Shown here one piece after another: positions 42,756-52,545 of a DNA stretch of 64,000 nucleotides. This stretch comes from Actinomycetota bacterium (GTDB taxonomy: Bacteria; Actinomycetota; Acidimicrobiia; Spongiisociales; UBA4744): contig JAADGS010000023.1 in NCBI GenBank assembly GCA_013152275.1, forward strand, positions 1 to 64,000, written 5' to 3'. How positions within the stretch are numbered: the stretch's first letter is position 1; every line of letters begins with the position of its first letter. A program made the position numbers and the translations under genes. The notes under the pieces were generated by a model, which searched no databases, was not told where the DNA came from, and was given only the letters and a program-made list of their open reading frames with translations.

Positions 42756-43490
42756 CTACCGGTGCTCGCTGTCGGTCTCCACGAGGGCATCCGTTGCGGA
42801 GGTTCTTTCCACGCCGTCGCCACCCTGTCGGGTCGGCGGATGCTTCTGCCACATGAGTTTGTCCATGAAGCCCCATGACGTCCGGTGGAGGGTCGATGGA
42901 CCCCATACCTGAAGCGCTGCTCGATGGGCCGGACTCGGATAGCCCTTGTTTCGCTCAAAGCGATACCACGGCAGGTTGCCGGCCAGGGCTCGCATGAGTC
43001 TGTCCCGGGTCACCTTGGCGAGAATCGAAGCGGCCGCGATCGAAAGCGAGGTCCGATCTCCGTGAACGATCGTGCGGCTGTTGCCCCGGGCCACGAAGTC
43101 CCACGGCCCGTCCACGAGCATACGGTCGGGCGGACACGTCAGACCTTCGATTGCCCTGGAAGCAGCGAGACGCTGGGCCTGTGACATGCCAAGACGATCA
43201 CACTCGACGGGGGTCGCATGCCCGACCGCCCAGTCGTCGCACCACTGCACGATCCGATCGAACAGGGCCTCACGTTCAGGTTCGTTGAGGAGTTTGGAGT
43301 CTCGGATCCTGTAGACGCGCCGTTGTTTCGGGACTACGGCCACGGCGACCGTCAGAGGACCTGCCCACGCTCCACGGCCGACCTCGTCGATGCCTGCGAC
43401 GACGAGATCACCCGAGTTCCAATACTCCTTCTCGACTCCCAGATTCGGGGGGGCATTCCTGATGGATGGACGAAGTCGTGCCGCTGCCAC
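42756..43490 (-). CDS. rnhB: ribonuclease HII
   Basis: GIDEVGRG, DSK, VDG, SIAAASILAKVTRD, NKGY. Confidence 0.95.
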   Translation of the reverse strand: MAAARLRPSIRNAPPNLGVEKEYWNSGDLVVAGIDEVGRGAWAGPLTVAVAVVPKQRRVYRIRDSKLLNEPEREALFDRIVQWCDDWAVGHATPVECDRLGMSQAQRLAASRAIEGLTCPPDRMLVDGPWDFVARGNSRTIVHGDRTSLSIAAASILAKVTRDRLMRALAGNLPWYRFERNKGYPSPAHRAALQVWGPSTLHRTSWGFMDKLMWQKHPPTRQGGDGVERTSATDALVETDSEHR

Positions 43491-43515
43491 CGGGCGAGCC
43501 TACTTGACGGGCTCC

Positions 43516-44052
43516 TCAGTTCACGCTCGGATCGACGGGAAAGTTCGCGAACAGGGCGATGTCTCCACGTTGGCGTCGCAACACCCTGGACCAAAGTCCG
43601 GGAGCATCGGACGTAAAGAGGTCCCGATCTTCCGGCTCGAGCACGAACCAGGCGGCCTCGGTGATCTCACTCTCGAGCTGACCGGGTCCCCACCCCGAGT
43701 AGCCGGCGAAGACTCGCACTGCCTCGATGCCGGGGATCTGCGTCGGGCTGAGACTCAGGTCGATGAGACCGATGTCACAACAGATCGGCGTCCACAGATC
43801 CGAATCTACGCTCCCTTTTCCGAGACCGATGGCCGCTTCGGTATCGACCGGTCCTCCGAAGCCGACGAAGGGTTGCGAGAGCAAGTGGCTCCATTCCGGG
43901 AGGTGATCGGCTGCGGCAACGTCCGAGGGTCGATTGAGTACCAGGCCGACAGCTCCTTCGTCTCCGTGGTTGCACAGGAGCACAACCGTGCGCGCAAAGT
44001 TGGGGTCGAGAATCGTTGGAGTGGCGACGAGGAGTTTCCCTGCCTTCAGCAT
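43516..44052 (-). CDS. YqgE/AlgH-family protein
   Basis: DPNFARTVV, GLVLNRP, GGPV, GYSGWGPGQLESE. Confidence 0.92.
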   Translation of the reverse strand: MLKAGKLLVATPTILDPNFARTVVLLCNHGDEGAVGLVLNRPSDVAAADHLPEWSHLLSQPFVGFGGPVDTEAAIGLGKGSVDSDLWTPICCDIGLIDLSLSPTQIPGIEAVRVFAGYSGWGPGQLESEITEAAWFVLEPEDRDLFTSDAPGLWSRVLRRQRGDIALFANFPVDPSVN

Positions 44053-44076
44053 GGTCCCATGTTCGCAGAAAACCCC

Positions 44077-44125
44077 GAACCCAGGGCTCGTAGGGGTCGT
44101 CACGACCTCTACGAGCCCTGGGTTC
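44077..44125. repeat. 49-bp near-perfect palindrome (REP-like)
   Basis: 24-bp arms with one mismatch around a single central C; GTAG/CTAC core. Confidence 0.9.
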
Positions 44126-44207
44126 AAAGAAGGGGGGCCGGTTTCGGCGTCGGGGTGCGGCGCAGAAGGCCACGAAGCCTGCCTGTCGACGCACTAGTTT
44201 GGAGGGC

Positions 44208-44696
44208 GTGAAGATCCGCAGGGCAGACAAACGGGACCTGGTGTCCGTGGCGCAGATAGCGAGTGTCTCATGGCGCACGACGTACGGGGACCTTCTGGAT
44301 GCCGACACGATCGAGCGATGGCTGGCGGCGGCATACTCGCCTTCGGCCCTGCAACAGCGGTGGCAGGACCATCCGATCTTCCTGGTCGAGATCGATCGAC
44401 ACCCTGTGGCATTCGCCGACGTCTATATCGAACGGAACATCATCGTGGTGGCGGCGATGTGTACCCACCCGGAGTATCGCAGACACGGTGCGGCAACATC
44501 GCTCCTCGAAAAGGTTCGATCTCTCGCACCTTCCCTTCCGGTCACCGTCGATCTGATCCTCGGGAACCGATCTGGAGAAGGTTTCGTCGAGAACCTGGGT
44601 TTCAGCCCGGGCGAGACGATCGAGGTTCATCTCTATGGGGAGCCGTTCTTGGAGAGGCGTTGGTGGATAGAGTCGGTTCTGATGAGGTCATCATGA
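44208..44696 (+). CDS. GNAT-family acetyltransferase
   Basis: IRRA...D, HPEYRRHGAA motif A, N..GEGFVENLGF. Confidence 0.8.
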   Translation: MKIRRADKRDLVSVAQIASVSWRTTYGDLLDADTIERWLAAAYSPSALQQRWQDHPIFLVEIDRHPVAFADVYIERNIIVVAAMCTHPEYRRHGAATSLLEKVRSLAPSLPVTVDLILGNRSGEGFVENLGFSPGETIEVHLYGEPFLERRWWIESVLMRSS

Positions 44697-45721
44697 ATAC
44701 GCTGCCGAAGGTGCTGTTGCATGACCATCTGGATGGTGGCCTTCGAATCGACACGATCCTCGACCTTGCGGAGGCACAAGGGTATCCGTCACTCCCCGAG
44801 ACCGATGAGCGGGCTCTGGCCGCGTGGTTCTACCAGGGCGGATCGGGTTCTCTGGCCAGGTACCTCGAATCTTTCCGGCACACGATCGGTGTCATGCAGA
44901 CCGCAGAGGCTCTGCAGCGCGTGAGTTACGAGGCAGTTCTCGATACTGCAGCAGACGGAGTGGTGTATGCAGAGTTCCGGTTTGCCCCGACCAACCACAC
45001 AGAACTCGGCCTCACTCCCGAGCAGGTCGTCGAAGCCACCCTTGCCGGTCTCCGGCAGGGATCGATCGAGACCGGGATGTTCTTCGGCCTGATTCTGGAT
45101 GCGATGCGTGAGCGTGACGACTCTCCTCTCGTGGCCAGACTTGCATCGGCCTATGCACATCTGGGCGTTGTCGGCTTCGATCTGGCCGGTCCCGAACTCG
45201 ACGCTCCGGCCGACCGTCACCTCGTGGCGACCAGGATGATCCGGGGCGCCAACATGGGCCTGACCATCCACGCGGGAGAAGTGGACGGTCCTCACAGCAT
45301 TTGGACGGCTCTGCAACGCTGTGGGGCGCACCGTGTCGGTCACGGTGTGCACATCATCGATGACTGCAAGCTCGACGGCACCGAGATCGTCGAACTGGGA
45401 TCTCTCGCGACGTATGTGCGTGACTTTCGAGTTCCTCTGGAAGTCTGCCCCACGTCCAACCTGCACACCGGCGGCTGGTGTGCAGCCAACCACCCGGTAG
45501 GGGCGCTCTACAGGGCGGGGTTCACGATCACCCTCAACACCGACAATCGGTTGATGAGCAGGACCTCTCTGTCCAGCGAGTTCCGCCTGGTCGTCGAGCA
45601 TCACGGGTTCGGCATGTCGGACCTACTGCAGGTGACCGAAAACGCGATGATGGCCGCATTTGCCCCGCTTCCTCTCAAGCACAGCATTCTCGGGGAGCGA
45701 ATCCGCAGTGCCTACATCTGA
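44693..45721 (+). CDS. add: adenosine deaminase
   Basis: LHDHLDGG, TIHAGE, RVGHG, EVCPTSN, NTDNRLMS. Confidence 0.93.
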   Translation: MNTLPKVLLHDHLDGGLRIDTILDLAEAQGYPSLPETDERALAAWFYQGGSGSLARYLESFRHTIGVMQTAEALQRVSYEAVLDTAADGVVYAEFRFAPTNHTELGLTPEQVVEATLAGLRQGSIETGMFFGLILDAMRERDDSPLVARLASAYAHLGVVGFDLAGPELDAPADRHLVATRMIRGANMGLTIHAGEVDGPHSIWTALQRCGAHRVGHGVHIIDDCKLDGTEIVELGSLATYVRDFRVPLEVCPTSNLHTGGWCAANHPVGALYRAGFTITLNTDNRLMSRTSLSSEFRLVVEHHGFGMSDLLQVTENAMMAAFAPLPLKHSILGERIRSAYI

Positions 45722-46509
45722 ACCTGCGACTCCACCCACGACGCGATGTCATCCAGGACTTGCTCCTGCTCTGGTTCGTTGTGGCACTCGTGCCGCAGTC
45801 CTTCGTACAGGATGCGTTTCGCATGGGGCTCCAAGAGCGCACTCGCGGAGGGGGGAACGAGCGAGTCTTCGGATCCTTGAATCGTCAAGGTCGGGACCGA
45901 GATGTTCGTCAAGCGTCCGATTGTGGTGACTTGCGCCTGCAACGCCTCCGCTGCGAGCCGCAGGGTGGCCTTTGTCAGGACGAGCGGATCCGCGAAGTAC
46001 GCCTCTCCGACCGCCGGGTCTCGTGACAGTTGATCGCCGGTGATGCCGGTTGCCACCGCGAGCGTGGGCAGCAGCGGACCGAGGATCTTCGGAAGTACGT
46101 GCAGCATCGGTTTCAGATTGTCTTGGAGGCCGGGTGCGCTCGCGATGAGGGCATCAGGCTGCGGACGCCCCGACGTGGCATACGAGATGGCGATCAGTCC
46201 TCCGAGGGAGTGTCCGTAGAGCACGACGGGAACTCCGATGGATCTCGTTTCCACGAGTCTGTCCTCGACATCATCCAGATAGTCGCTCCATCGTCCGACG
46301 TAGCCTCTGCGCCCGCCGGACAGGCCGTGTCCTCGCAGATCGAAGGCGGTCACGTCGATACCCCGTTTGTTGAGAAACCGGGCCACGTGGTCGTATCGTC
46401 CGCTGTGCTCACCAAGTCCGTGAATGATGAGCATCGCCGCCTTCGGGCCTTGGGCCGGCCAGCGCCGAACCGCGATCATCGTTCCGTCTCTCGCTGCCTT
46501 CTCTTCCAT
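45712..46509 (-). CDS. alpha/beta hydrolase (lysophospholipase/monoglyceride lipase-like)
   Basis: HGLGEHSGRY, DLRGHG, GHSLGG, HE.HNEP. Confidence 0.92.
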   Translation of the reverse strand: MEEKAARDGTMIAVRRWPAQGPKAAMLIIHGLGEHSGRYDHVARFLNKRGIDVTAFDLRGHGLSGGRRGYVGRWSDYLDDVEDRLVETRSIGVPVVLYGHSLGGLIAISYATSGRPQPDALIASAPGLQDNLKPMLHVLPKILGPLLPTLAVATGITGDQLSRDPAVGEAYFADPLVLTKATLRLAAEALQAQVTTIGRLTNISVPTLTIQGSEDSLVPPSASALLEPHAKRILYEGLRHECHNEPEQEQVLDDIASWVESQVQM

Positions 46510-46512
46510 GAT

Positions 46513-48003
46513 CTACTCCTCCGTGAACCAACTGACGTTCAGATGACGTGCGGCAAGGGCGTCGTCGGGCCGGCGCACGGGCGTCAGAAGGGGAGCATCC
46601 TCGACGGCAGCGGCATCGGTGTAGGCCTTCTCGGCGATCGTGTTCATCGCGTCGGCCATCGCTTCCAGGGTCTCTCTCGACTGCGTCTCGGTGGGCTCGA
46701 ACATCAGCGCCTCGTGAACGATCAGCGGGAAGTACATCGTCGGTGCATGGAAGCCTTCGTCGAGGAGGGCCTTGACGATGTCCATGGTGTGTACGCCCGT
46801 TTCGGTCTTGATCCGATCTGCGGACGCCACGAACTCGTGCATGCACGGCGCGGGGTACGGAATCTCGAAACGATCGCTCAGGAGGGAAGCGAGGTATCTG
46901 GCGTTGAGCACGGACCGCTCGGCGACACGCCGGAGCCCCGATCCGCCGAGCGCGCGCATGTAGGCGACGGCGCGTAGCACCACGCCGAAGTTGCCATGTC
47001 GGCCATGCACCCTGCCGATCGAACGCGCCGGCATTCCCCACCGGAGGAGGCCTTCGTCGTCACGTACCGGCAGCGGTCCCGGCAGGAAGGGAGCGAGCTT
47101 CCTGGAAACCGCCAGGGGGCCGGATCCCGGTCCACCACCTCCATGAGGAGTTCCGAACGTCTTGTGGAGGTTGGAGTGGACGATGTCGAACCCCATGTCA
47201 CCCGGTCTGGACACACCGAGGATCGCATTCAGGTTGGCTCCGTCGTAGTAGAGGAGGCCTCCCACATCATGGACCGCATCGGCGATATCGAGTATGTCCA
47301 TTTCGAACAGCCCAAGCGTGTTCGGGTTGGTCAGCATCAACCCTGCGACCTCGTCGTTCAGGAGCGTACGGAGCGCATCGAGGTCGACCATCCCGCGACC
47401 ATCGGATGGCACTTCTTTGACCGCGTAGCCGCTCAGCGCCGCCGAGGCCGGGTTCGTGCCGTGGGCGGAGTCAGGGACCAGTATGACACTGCGCGGATTC
47501 CCGTTGGCAGAGTGGTAGGCCCGGGTGATCATCATTCCCGTGAGCTCTCCTGCGGCTCCGGCTGGAGGCTGGAACGTCGCCCGGAACATGCCGGTGAGTT
47601 CACACAGGATACGCTCGGCTTCCACCAGCACCTCCATGGCGCCCTGCGCCGCGTACGGCGGCGTGTCCGGGTGAAGCGTCTGAAACTCCGGGAGATCGGC
47701 AACCCAGTCGGCGATCTTGGGGTTGTACTTCATCGTGCAGGATCCGAGAGGATACGCACCCAGGTCGACGGCGAAGTTCCGGTGCGCCAGGCGGCTGAAG
47801 TGCATCACGAGGTCGTGCTCAGACACCTCCGGCAACCGGACGACGTTCTCGCGTCCCTCTTCGAGATTCAGCGCAGTCTTCGGCACGTCGAGTGGAGGGA
47901 GAGACCACGCCCTCCTTTCGGGACTCGAGAATTCGACGAGTGTCGGTTCGGTCGTGCCGCCCAGCAGCGGCAGGGATGATGCGCGTCCTGCGGGTTCAGC
48001 CAT
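46513..48003 (-). CDS. gcvPB: glycine dehydrogenase subunit 2
   Basis: YPLGSCTMKYNP, SAHGTNPAS, NLHKTF.TPHGGGGPG. Confidence 0.96.
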   Translation of the reverse strand: MAEPAGRASSLPLLGGTTEPTLVEFSSPERRAWSLPPLDVPKTALNLEEGRENVVRLPEVSEHDLVMHFSRLAHRNFAVDLGAYPLGSCTMKYNPKIADWVADLPEFQTLHPDTPPYAAQGAMEVLVEAERILCELTGMFRATFQPPAGAAGELTGMMITRAYHSANGNPRSVILVPDSAHGTNPASAALSGYAVKEVPSDGRGMVDLDALRTLLNDEVAGLMLTNPNTLGLFEMDILDIADAVHDVGGLLYYDGANLNAILGVSRPGDMGFDIVHSNLHKTFGTPHGGGGPGSGPLAVSRKLAPFLPGPLPVRDDEGLLRWGMPARSIGRVHGRHGNFGVVLRAVAYMRALGGSGLRRVAERSVLNARYLASLLSDRFEIPYPAPCMHEFVASADRIKTETGVHTMDIVKALLDEGFHAPTMYFPLIVHEALMFEPTETQSRETLEAMADAMNTIAEKAYTDAAAVEDAPLLTPVRRPDDALAARHLNVSWFTEE

Positions 48004-49330
48004 GTGCGATCACCTCCTTCATGGCATCCACATAGCCGTCGAGCTCATCTTTGGTCCTCCGTTCGGTGACGGCTATCAGTAGTCCACCGGGGAGATCGGG
48101 ATAGTCCTTGGAAAGCGCGATCCCTGCCAGGTAGCCACGATCGGCCATCGCCTCTATCACGATCTCGGGCTCCATGGGGAGAAGGACGGCGAACTCGCGC
48201 ACGAACGATGCCTCGTTGGCCCGCCGGACACCAGGAATCTGCTCGAGACGTTTTGCGAGGTAGTGCGCCTTCTGTGCCGACCGCTCTCCGACCTCGACGA
48301 GGCCATCCGGACCGAGCCATCCGAGTTGCACGGCGGCGGCGACCGCGTTGAGCGCCTCATTCGAACAGATGTTGGAAGATGCCTTTGCTCTTCGAATATC
48401 CTGTTCCCTGGCTCGTAGCGTCATCACGTAGGCGGTTGCCCCATCACGATCCACGGTTCGACCGATGATCCGACCTGGCATGCGCCGTACGTGCTTGGCC
48501 GTGATCGAGAAGAGTCCAAGCCCCGGCCCTCCGAATGAGAGAGGGTTCCCGAGTGCTTGGCCTTCGCCTACGGCGATGTCCACTCCTGCCGAGCCGGGGC
48601 TTCGGAGGACGCCGAGCGTCATGGGGTCGTAGGAGACGATTGCAAGGGCATCATGCTGTCGTGCCGTGGCCACTGCAGCGTCATAGTCTTCGATCACGCC
48701 GAGGTAGTTCGGCTGGGCCCACAGGACGGCAGCGGGTTGTGGGCCGGCCTCCGTCGCCCAGACGGTTCTTCCACCGACGAGCGGATGTTCGACTACCTGG
48801 AGGTTCCTGGCCGTCGCCAAGGTTTGGATCGTTTCACGAATCCGTGGACCCAGTCCCGACGAAACCCAGACCACAGAGCGCCGGGTCGCCAGCACGGCCG
48901 CACTCACCGCTTCCCCGGCGGCCGTCGCTCCGTCATACATCGAGGCATTCGTGATGTCCATCTCCGTGATACCGCACACCATCGACTGGTATTCGTAGAG
49001 GACCTGGAGCATGCCTTGGGATACTTCTGCCTGGTAGGGCGTGTAGGCGGTGGCGAATTCGGGACGAGAAGTGAGCGCCTTCACGGTCGGCGAAACATAG
49101 TGGTCGTAGTAGCCGCCACCGGCGAAGCAGATGAGATCGGAGTGATTCGACCCGGCCCAGGCGGCGAACAGGGCCTGCAATTCCGGTTCGGAGACACCGT
49201 CGCCGATTGTTGGGGAACGGTCGACGAGCACGCTGATCGGCAGATGTCCAAAGAGATCGTCGATGTCACGAAGCCCGAGATGCTCGAGCATCATCGTGAT
49301 GTCCTGTTGCGTGTGAGGGGTGAAATCCAT
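47996..49330 (-). CDS. gcvPA: glycine dehydrogenase subunit 1
   Basis: TAYTPYQAEVSQG, NASMYDG, REQDIRRAKASSNIC. Confidence 0.96.
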   Translation of the reverse strand: MDFTPHTQQDITMMLEHLGLRDIDDLFGHLPISVLVDRSPTIGDGVSEPELQALFAAWAGSNHSDLICFAGGGYYDHYVSPTVKALTSRPEFATAYTPYQAEVSQGMLQVLYEYQSMVCGITEMDITNASMYDGATAAGEAVSAAVLATRRSVVWVSSGLGPRIRETIQTLATARNLQVVEHPLVGGRTVWATEAGPQPAAVLWAQPNYLGVIEDYDAAVATARQHDALAIVSYDPMTLGVLRSPGSAGVDIAVGEGQALGNPLSFGGPGLGLFSITAKHVRRMPGRIIGRTVDRDGATAYVMTLRAREQDIRRAKASSNICSNEALNAVAAAVQLGWLGPDGLVEVGERSAQKAHYLAKRLEQIPGVRRANEASFVREFAVLLPMEPEIVIEAMADRGYLAGIALSKDYPDLPGGLLIAVTERRTKDELDGYVDAMKEVIAHG

Positions 49331-49333
49331 GGA

Positions 49334-50386
49334 CTATCGCTTTCCGATGAACGGCAGCTTCGACTGGTGGGCGGAGACCCATTCTCCGCGGATCTGCACT
49401 TCGATGGGCGCATCGGGCTCCGGCGGCGGGGTGAGATACCCGAGGCCTATCCCCCGGCCGAGCACCGGACTGAAATTGCCACTTGTGACCGTCCCGGAAG
49501 AAGCTCCTGCACGCATCGGGTATCCGTGTCGAGCGATCTGTCGGCCGTCCATCACGAACGCAACTCGACACTTGGTCAGGCCCTGTTCCACTTGCCGCCG
49601 CAGGGCGGCCTTGCCGACGAATTCGTGCTCCCACGCAACGACCCAGCGCAGCCCCGCCTCCAGAGGGGTGATCGTCTCGTCGAGATCCTGTCCCCAGAGG
49701 GGGTAACCCATCTCCAGTCTCAAGGTGTCACGCGCACCGAGTCCACACGGCGTGGCACCGGCATCCAACAATGCGCCGAACATGGCGACGCCGGCCTCTC
49801 GCGTGATCGCGATCTCGCCACCGCGTTCGCCCGTGTAACCGGTTCCGGCGATCTGGACCGGTGTGCCACGGAAATCCCCTGTGGTGACCCGGAAGCGCTC
49901 CGGAACGAGGCCGAAGACCGCGTTGAAGACCCAGGGCGAGTCGGGTCCTTGAAGCGCGACCATGGCTGTGTCGTCGCGTATCGATTCGATGGTCACCCCC
50001 GAGGGTGCTGCGGCGTGAAACCTCGCTCGGATCCCATCATCGTTCGCGCCGTTGGGAATGACCCAGTAGCGCTCGTCTGACCAGCGCCACACGATGATGT
50101 CATCGAGGACACCACCCTCTTCATTGAGAGACATCGTGTACTGTGCGGCACCGGGCTCGACGTCGGCGATGTCGTTGCAGAGGAGGCTGCGGAGCAGTTC
50201 GGTGCTTCCGCTTCCCTCGACGAGGAACCTGCCGAGGTGCGAGACGTCGAACACGCCGGCCGTTTCTCGAACGGCCTGGTGTTCGCTCAGCACACTCTCG
50301 TACCGAACGGGCATCTCCCAGCCCGCGAAATCGACAAACCTGGCGCCGAGTCGGACATGTTCGGTGTGCAACGGGGAACGTGGCAT
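49334..50386 (-). CDS. gcvT: glycine cleavage aminomethyltransferase
   Basis: FAGWEMP, FDVSHLG, TGYTGE, GLGARDTLRLE. Confidence 0.96.
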   Translation of the reverse strand: MPRSPLHTEHVRLGARFVDFAGWEMPVRYESVLSEHQAVRETAGVFDVSHLGRFLVEGSGSTELLRSLLCNDIADVEPGAAQYTMSLNEEGGVLDDIIVWRWSDERYWVIPNGANDDGIRARFHAAAPSGVTIESIRDDTAMVALQGPDSPWVFNAVFGLVPERFRVTTGDFRGTPVQIAGTGYTGERGGEIAITREAGVAMFGALLDAGATPCGLGARDTLRLEMGYPLWGQDLDETITPLEAGLRWVVAWEHEFVGKAALRRQVEQGLTKCRVAFVMDGRQIARHGYPMRAGASSGTVTSGNFSPVLGRGIGLGYLTPPPEPDAPIEVQIRGEWVSAHQSKLPFIGKR

Positions 50387-50460
50387 CAGAGCGACTCCTT
50401 CCGGCTCGTCATCGTGCGACTCAGCTTAGACATCGCCGGTGGAACCTGATCGTCGCCGAT

Positions 50461-50901
50461 TCAACCGGCCGAGACGTCTTCGACGACGTTCACGTCCGGC
50501 GGGCCGGGGATGCGCGTCGGTGTCGCCAGTCCTTCGAGCTGGTCGGGCTCGTCCAGACCGTATTTCACGAGGAGGTGCAGGTAGTCCCGCTGGTAGAAGA
50601 TCTTGCAGGTCACGTCGGGGTACAGATTCCTCAGCCGGCGAACTTTGCGGTTCTTTCGGGTCACGAGCCGCTGGTTCATCGTGGTGATCTCGATGAACAC
50701 GTCTTCGTCGGGGAGGTAGAAATCGGGGGCAAAGAAACCGGTTGCGATGCCATCCTCGTCCCATGAGATGGCGAAGGCTCGCGGTTCGTACTCCCAGTCG
50801 ATCCCGTAGAAGTCGAGAAGTCGTGCGAACTGCCGCTCGCTGTTGTGGGCAAACGCAACCTGGTCGGCGCGCCCGTTCTCGAACGTAGCGTCTTCGTTCA
50901 G
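50461..50901 (-). CDS. hypothetical PD-(D/E)XK-like protein (probable CTG start)
   Basis: FAHNSERQFARLLDFYGIDWEYEP...APDFYLP..VFIEITT; SD GGAGGT then CTG overlapping the upstream TGA. Confidence 0.7.
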   Translation of the reverse strand: MNEDATFENGRADQVAFAHNSERQFARLLDFYGIDWEYEPRAFAISWDEDGIATGFFAPDFYLPDEDVFIEITTMNQRLVTRKNRKVRRLRNLYPDVTCKIFYQRDYLHLLVKYGLDEPDQLEGLATPTRIPGPPDVNVVEDVSAG

Positions 50902-51359
50902 ACGCCCACCTCCGTAGCCTCGGCGTCTTCCTCTTTCTCGGCCCACAGAGCATGAATCTCGCCTTCCAGCTCCTTCTGAACGGGGCCAACGGCGATGCCG
51001 AACACTCCCTGGCCACGTCGGAACACGTCGACGACTTCCTGTGAACTGTGGGCTGCGTAGATCGTCTGTCCGTCCGAGAGCAACGTGACGTCGGCGAGAG
51101 GACGATCGGACTGTAACTGGACACGGAGAATCCCGATCGCCTGGCGGATCTTCTTGAGGCTCATGCCTGCGTCGAGGAGACGCTTGACCACCTTGAGCTG
51201 TACGACGTCGCCGAATGCGTACAGGCGCTGGGACCCGGAGCCCCGAGCGGCCTTCAGTGAAGGCTGCAACAGACCGGTGCGGGCCCAATAGTCGAGTTGT
51301 CGGTAGGTGATACCGACGAGATGGCATACTTGCGGTGCTCTGAATCCCTGTTCGCCCAC
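50898..51359 (-). CDS. MerR-family regulator (Rv1830/McdR-like)
   Basis: GITYRQLDYWARTGL..PS...GSGSQRLY...LLDAGMSL, GQGVFGIAVG. Confidence 0.92.
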   Translation of the reverse strand: MGEQGFRAPQVCHLVGITYRQLDYWARTGLLQPSLKAARGSGSQRLYAFGDVVQLKVVKRLLDAGMSLKKIRQAIGILRVQLQSDRPLADVTLLSDGQTIYAAHSSQEVVDVFRRGQGVFGIAVGPVQKELEGEIHALWAEKEEDAEATEVGV

Positions 51360-51406
51360 GGTGTCGCTCCTCGGTAGCAGGTTACACGCTCGTAATTCGG
51401 ATGCTC

Positions 51407-51455
51407 AAGTTACCGGCGAGACAGGTGAGTTGTCAACAACCTCTGTGGATAACTC
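51407..51455 (-). promoter_or_regulatory. promoter of the MerR gene overlapped by an inverted DnaA-box pair
   Basis: Minus strand TTGACA (51436-51431), 18 nt, TAACTT (51412-51407). TTATCCACA on the minus strand at 51452-51444 and TTGTCAACA on the plus strand at 51430-51438. Confidence 0.6.
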
Positions 51456-51549
51456 GGTCGGACCGTGGCTCGTGTTGCCCCGCACTCCCCCGCGCCGGCT
51501 CGTGTTGTCTGTAGAGGGCGGCAGGGCAGCCTTGCGAAGTCGAGGGGGC

Positions 51550-52545
51550 CTACCTTGCGCACGCATCCACGAGACGTTCGAGCTGACCGGGAACGCCGAC
51601 TCCGACGAGGACGTCTCCGGGCATGAGGACGAGATCCGGGTCGGGGTTGAAGAGGAGTTCGCCGGTTTCGGCATGCTCCACGGCCAGGACCATCGCGCCG
51701 GAACGTTCCCGAATGGCCGCATCCTTCAGGCTCCTGCCGGCAATCCCACAGCCGTCGTGCACCGGTACACGCTGGACGCGATACTCGACGGGGCCCTGGC
51801 TGGCGATGAGATCGATGAAATCGGCAAGTTCGGGTTGGATGACAAGGGACGCCAGCCGCCGGGCCCCGACACTCTGGGGCGAAACCGCCCGGTCGGCTCC
51901 GGCGAGGAGCAGCTTGTGTTCGGCTTCCATGTCCGAGGCCCGAGCAACGACTATGAGGTCGGAGTGCAGAGCTCTTGCGGACAGGACGATGACCAGGTTG
52001 TCGGAATCGGAGTTCACCGCGGCGACGAGGGCCCTGGCCTTTCGGACGCCGACGAGCTCGAGTGTCTCATCGTGTGTGGCATCACCTTCAACGACCAGAG
52101 CGCCGGCCTCGCGAGCGCGATCGGCAGCCGATCGTTCACGTTCGATGACTGCGCACGGGACCTTGCGTTCCTGGTGAATCTCCCACACACCCTTGCCGAC
52201 ACGCCCCCAGCCGCAGATGATCGTGTGACCCGTCAGACGTCCGGTTTTCTGCTCCATTTGCGCTCGCCTCCGTTCCGAGATGCTCTCGACCGCCATTTCC
52301 AGGACGGCAGTCGCGGTGAAGAACAACGTCCCGACGCCCACGATGATCAAAGCTATCGTGAGGACACGTCCTGTCTCCGAGAGCGGCACCACTTCCCTGA
52401 ATCCGACCGTAGAGATCGTGATCACGACCATGTACAGTGCCTCGAGAAAACCTGCGTGCTCCAGGATGACGAATCCAAGCGTTCCCAGCACGACCACGGC
52501 GACGAGCACGGCCGCCCCGATGCGGATCCTGCCGGTGCTTGTCAT
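51550..52545 (-). CDS. potassium channel protein with TrkA-N/TrkA-C (RCK) domains
   Basis: TISTVGF selectivity filter, ICGWGRVG, GDAT, C-terminal RCK. Confidence 0.92.
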   Translation of the reverse strand: MTSTGRIRIGAAVLVAVVVLGTLGFVILEHAGFLEALYMVVITISTVGFREVVPLSETGRVLTIALIIVGVGTLFFTATAVLEMAVESISERRRAQMEQKTGRLTGHTIICGWGRVGKGVWEIHQERKVPCAVIERERSAADRAREAGALVVEGDATHDETLELVGVRKARALVAAVNSDSDNLVIVLSARALHSDLIVVARASDMEAEHKLLLAGADRAVSPQSVGARRLASLVIQPELADFIDLIASQGPVEYRVQRVPVHDGCGIAGRSLKDAAIRERSGAMVLAVEHAETGELLFNPDPDLVLMPGDVLVGVGVPGQLERLVDACAR

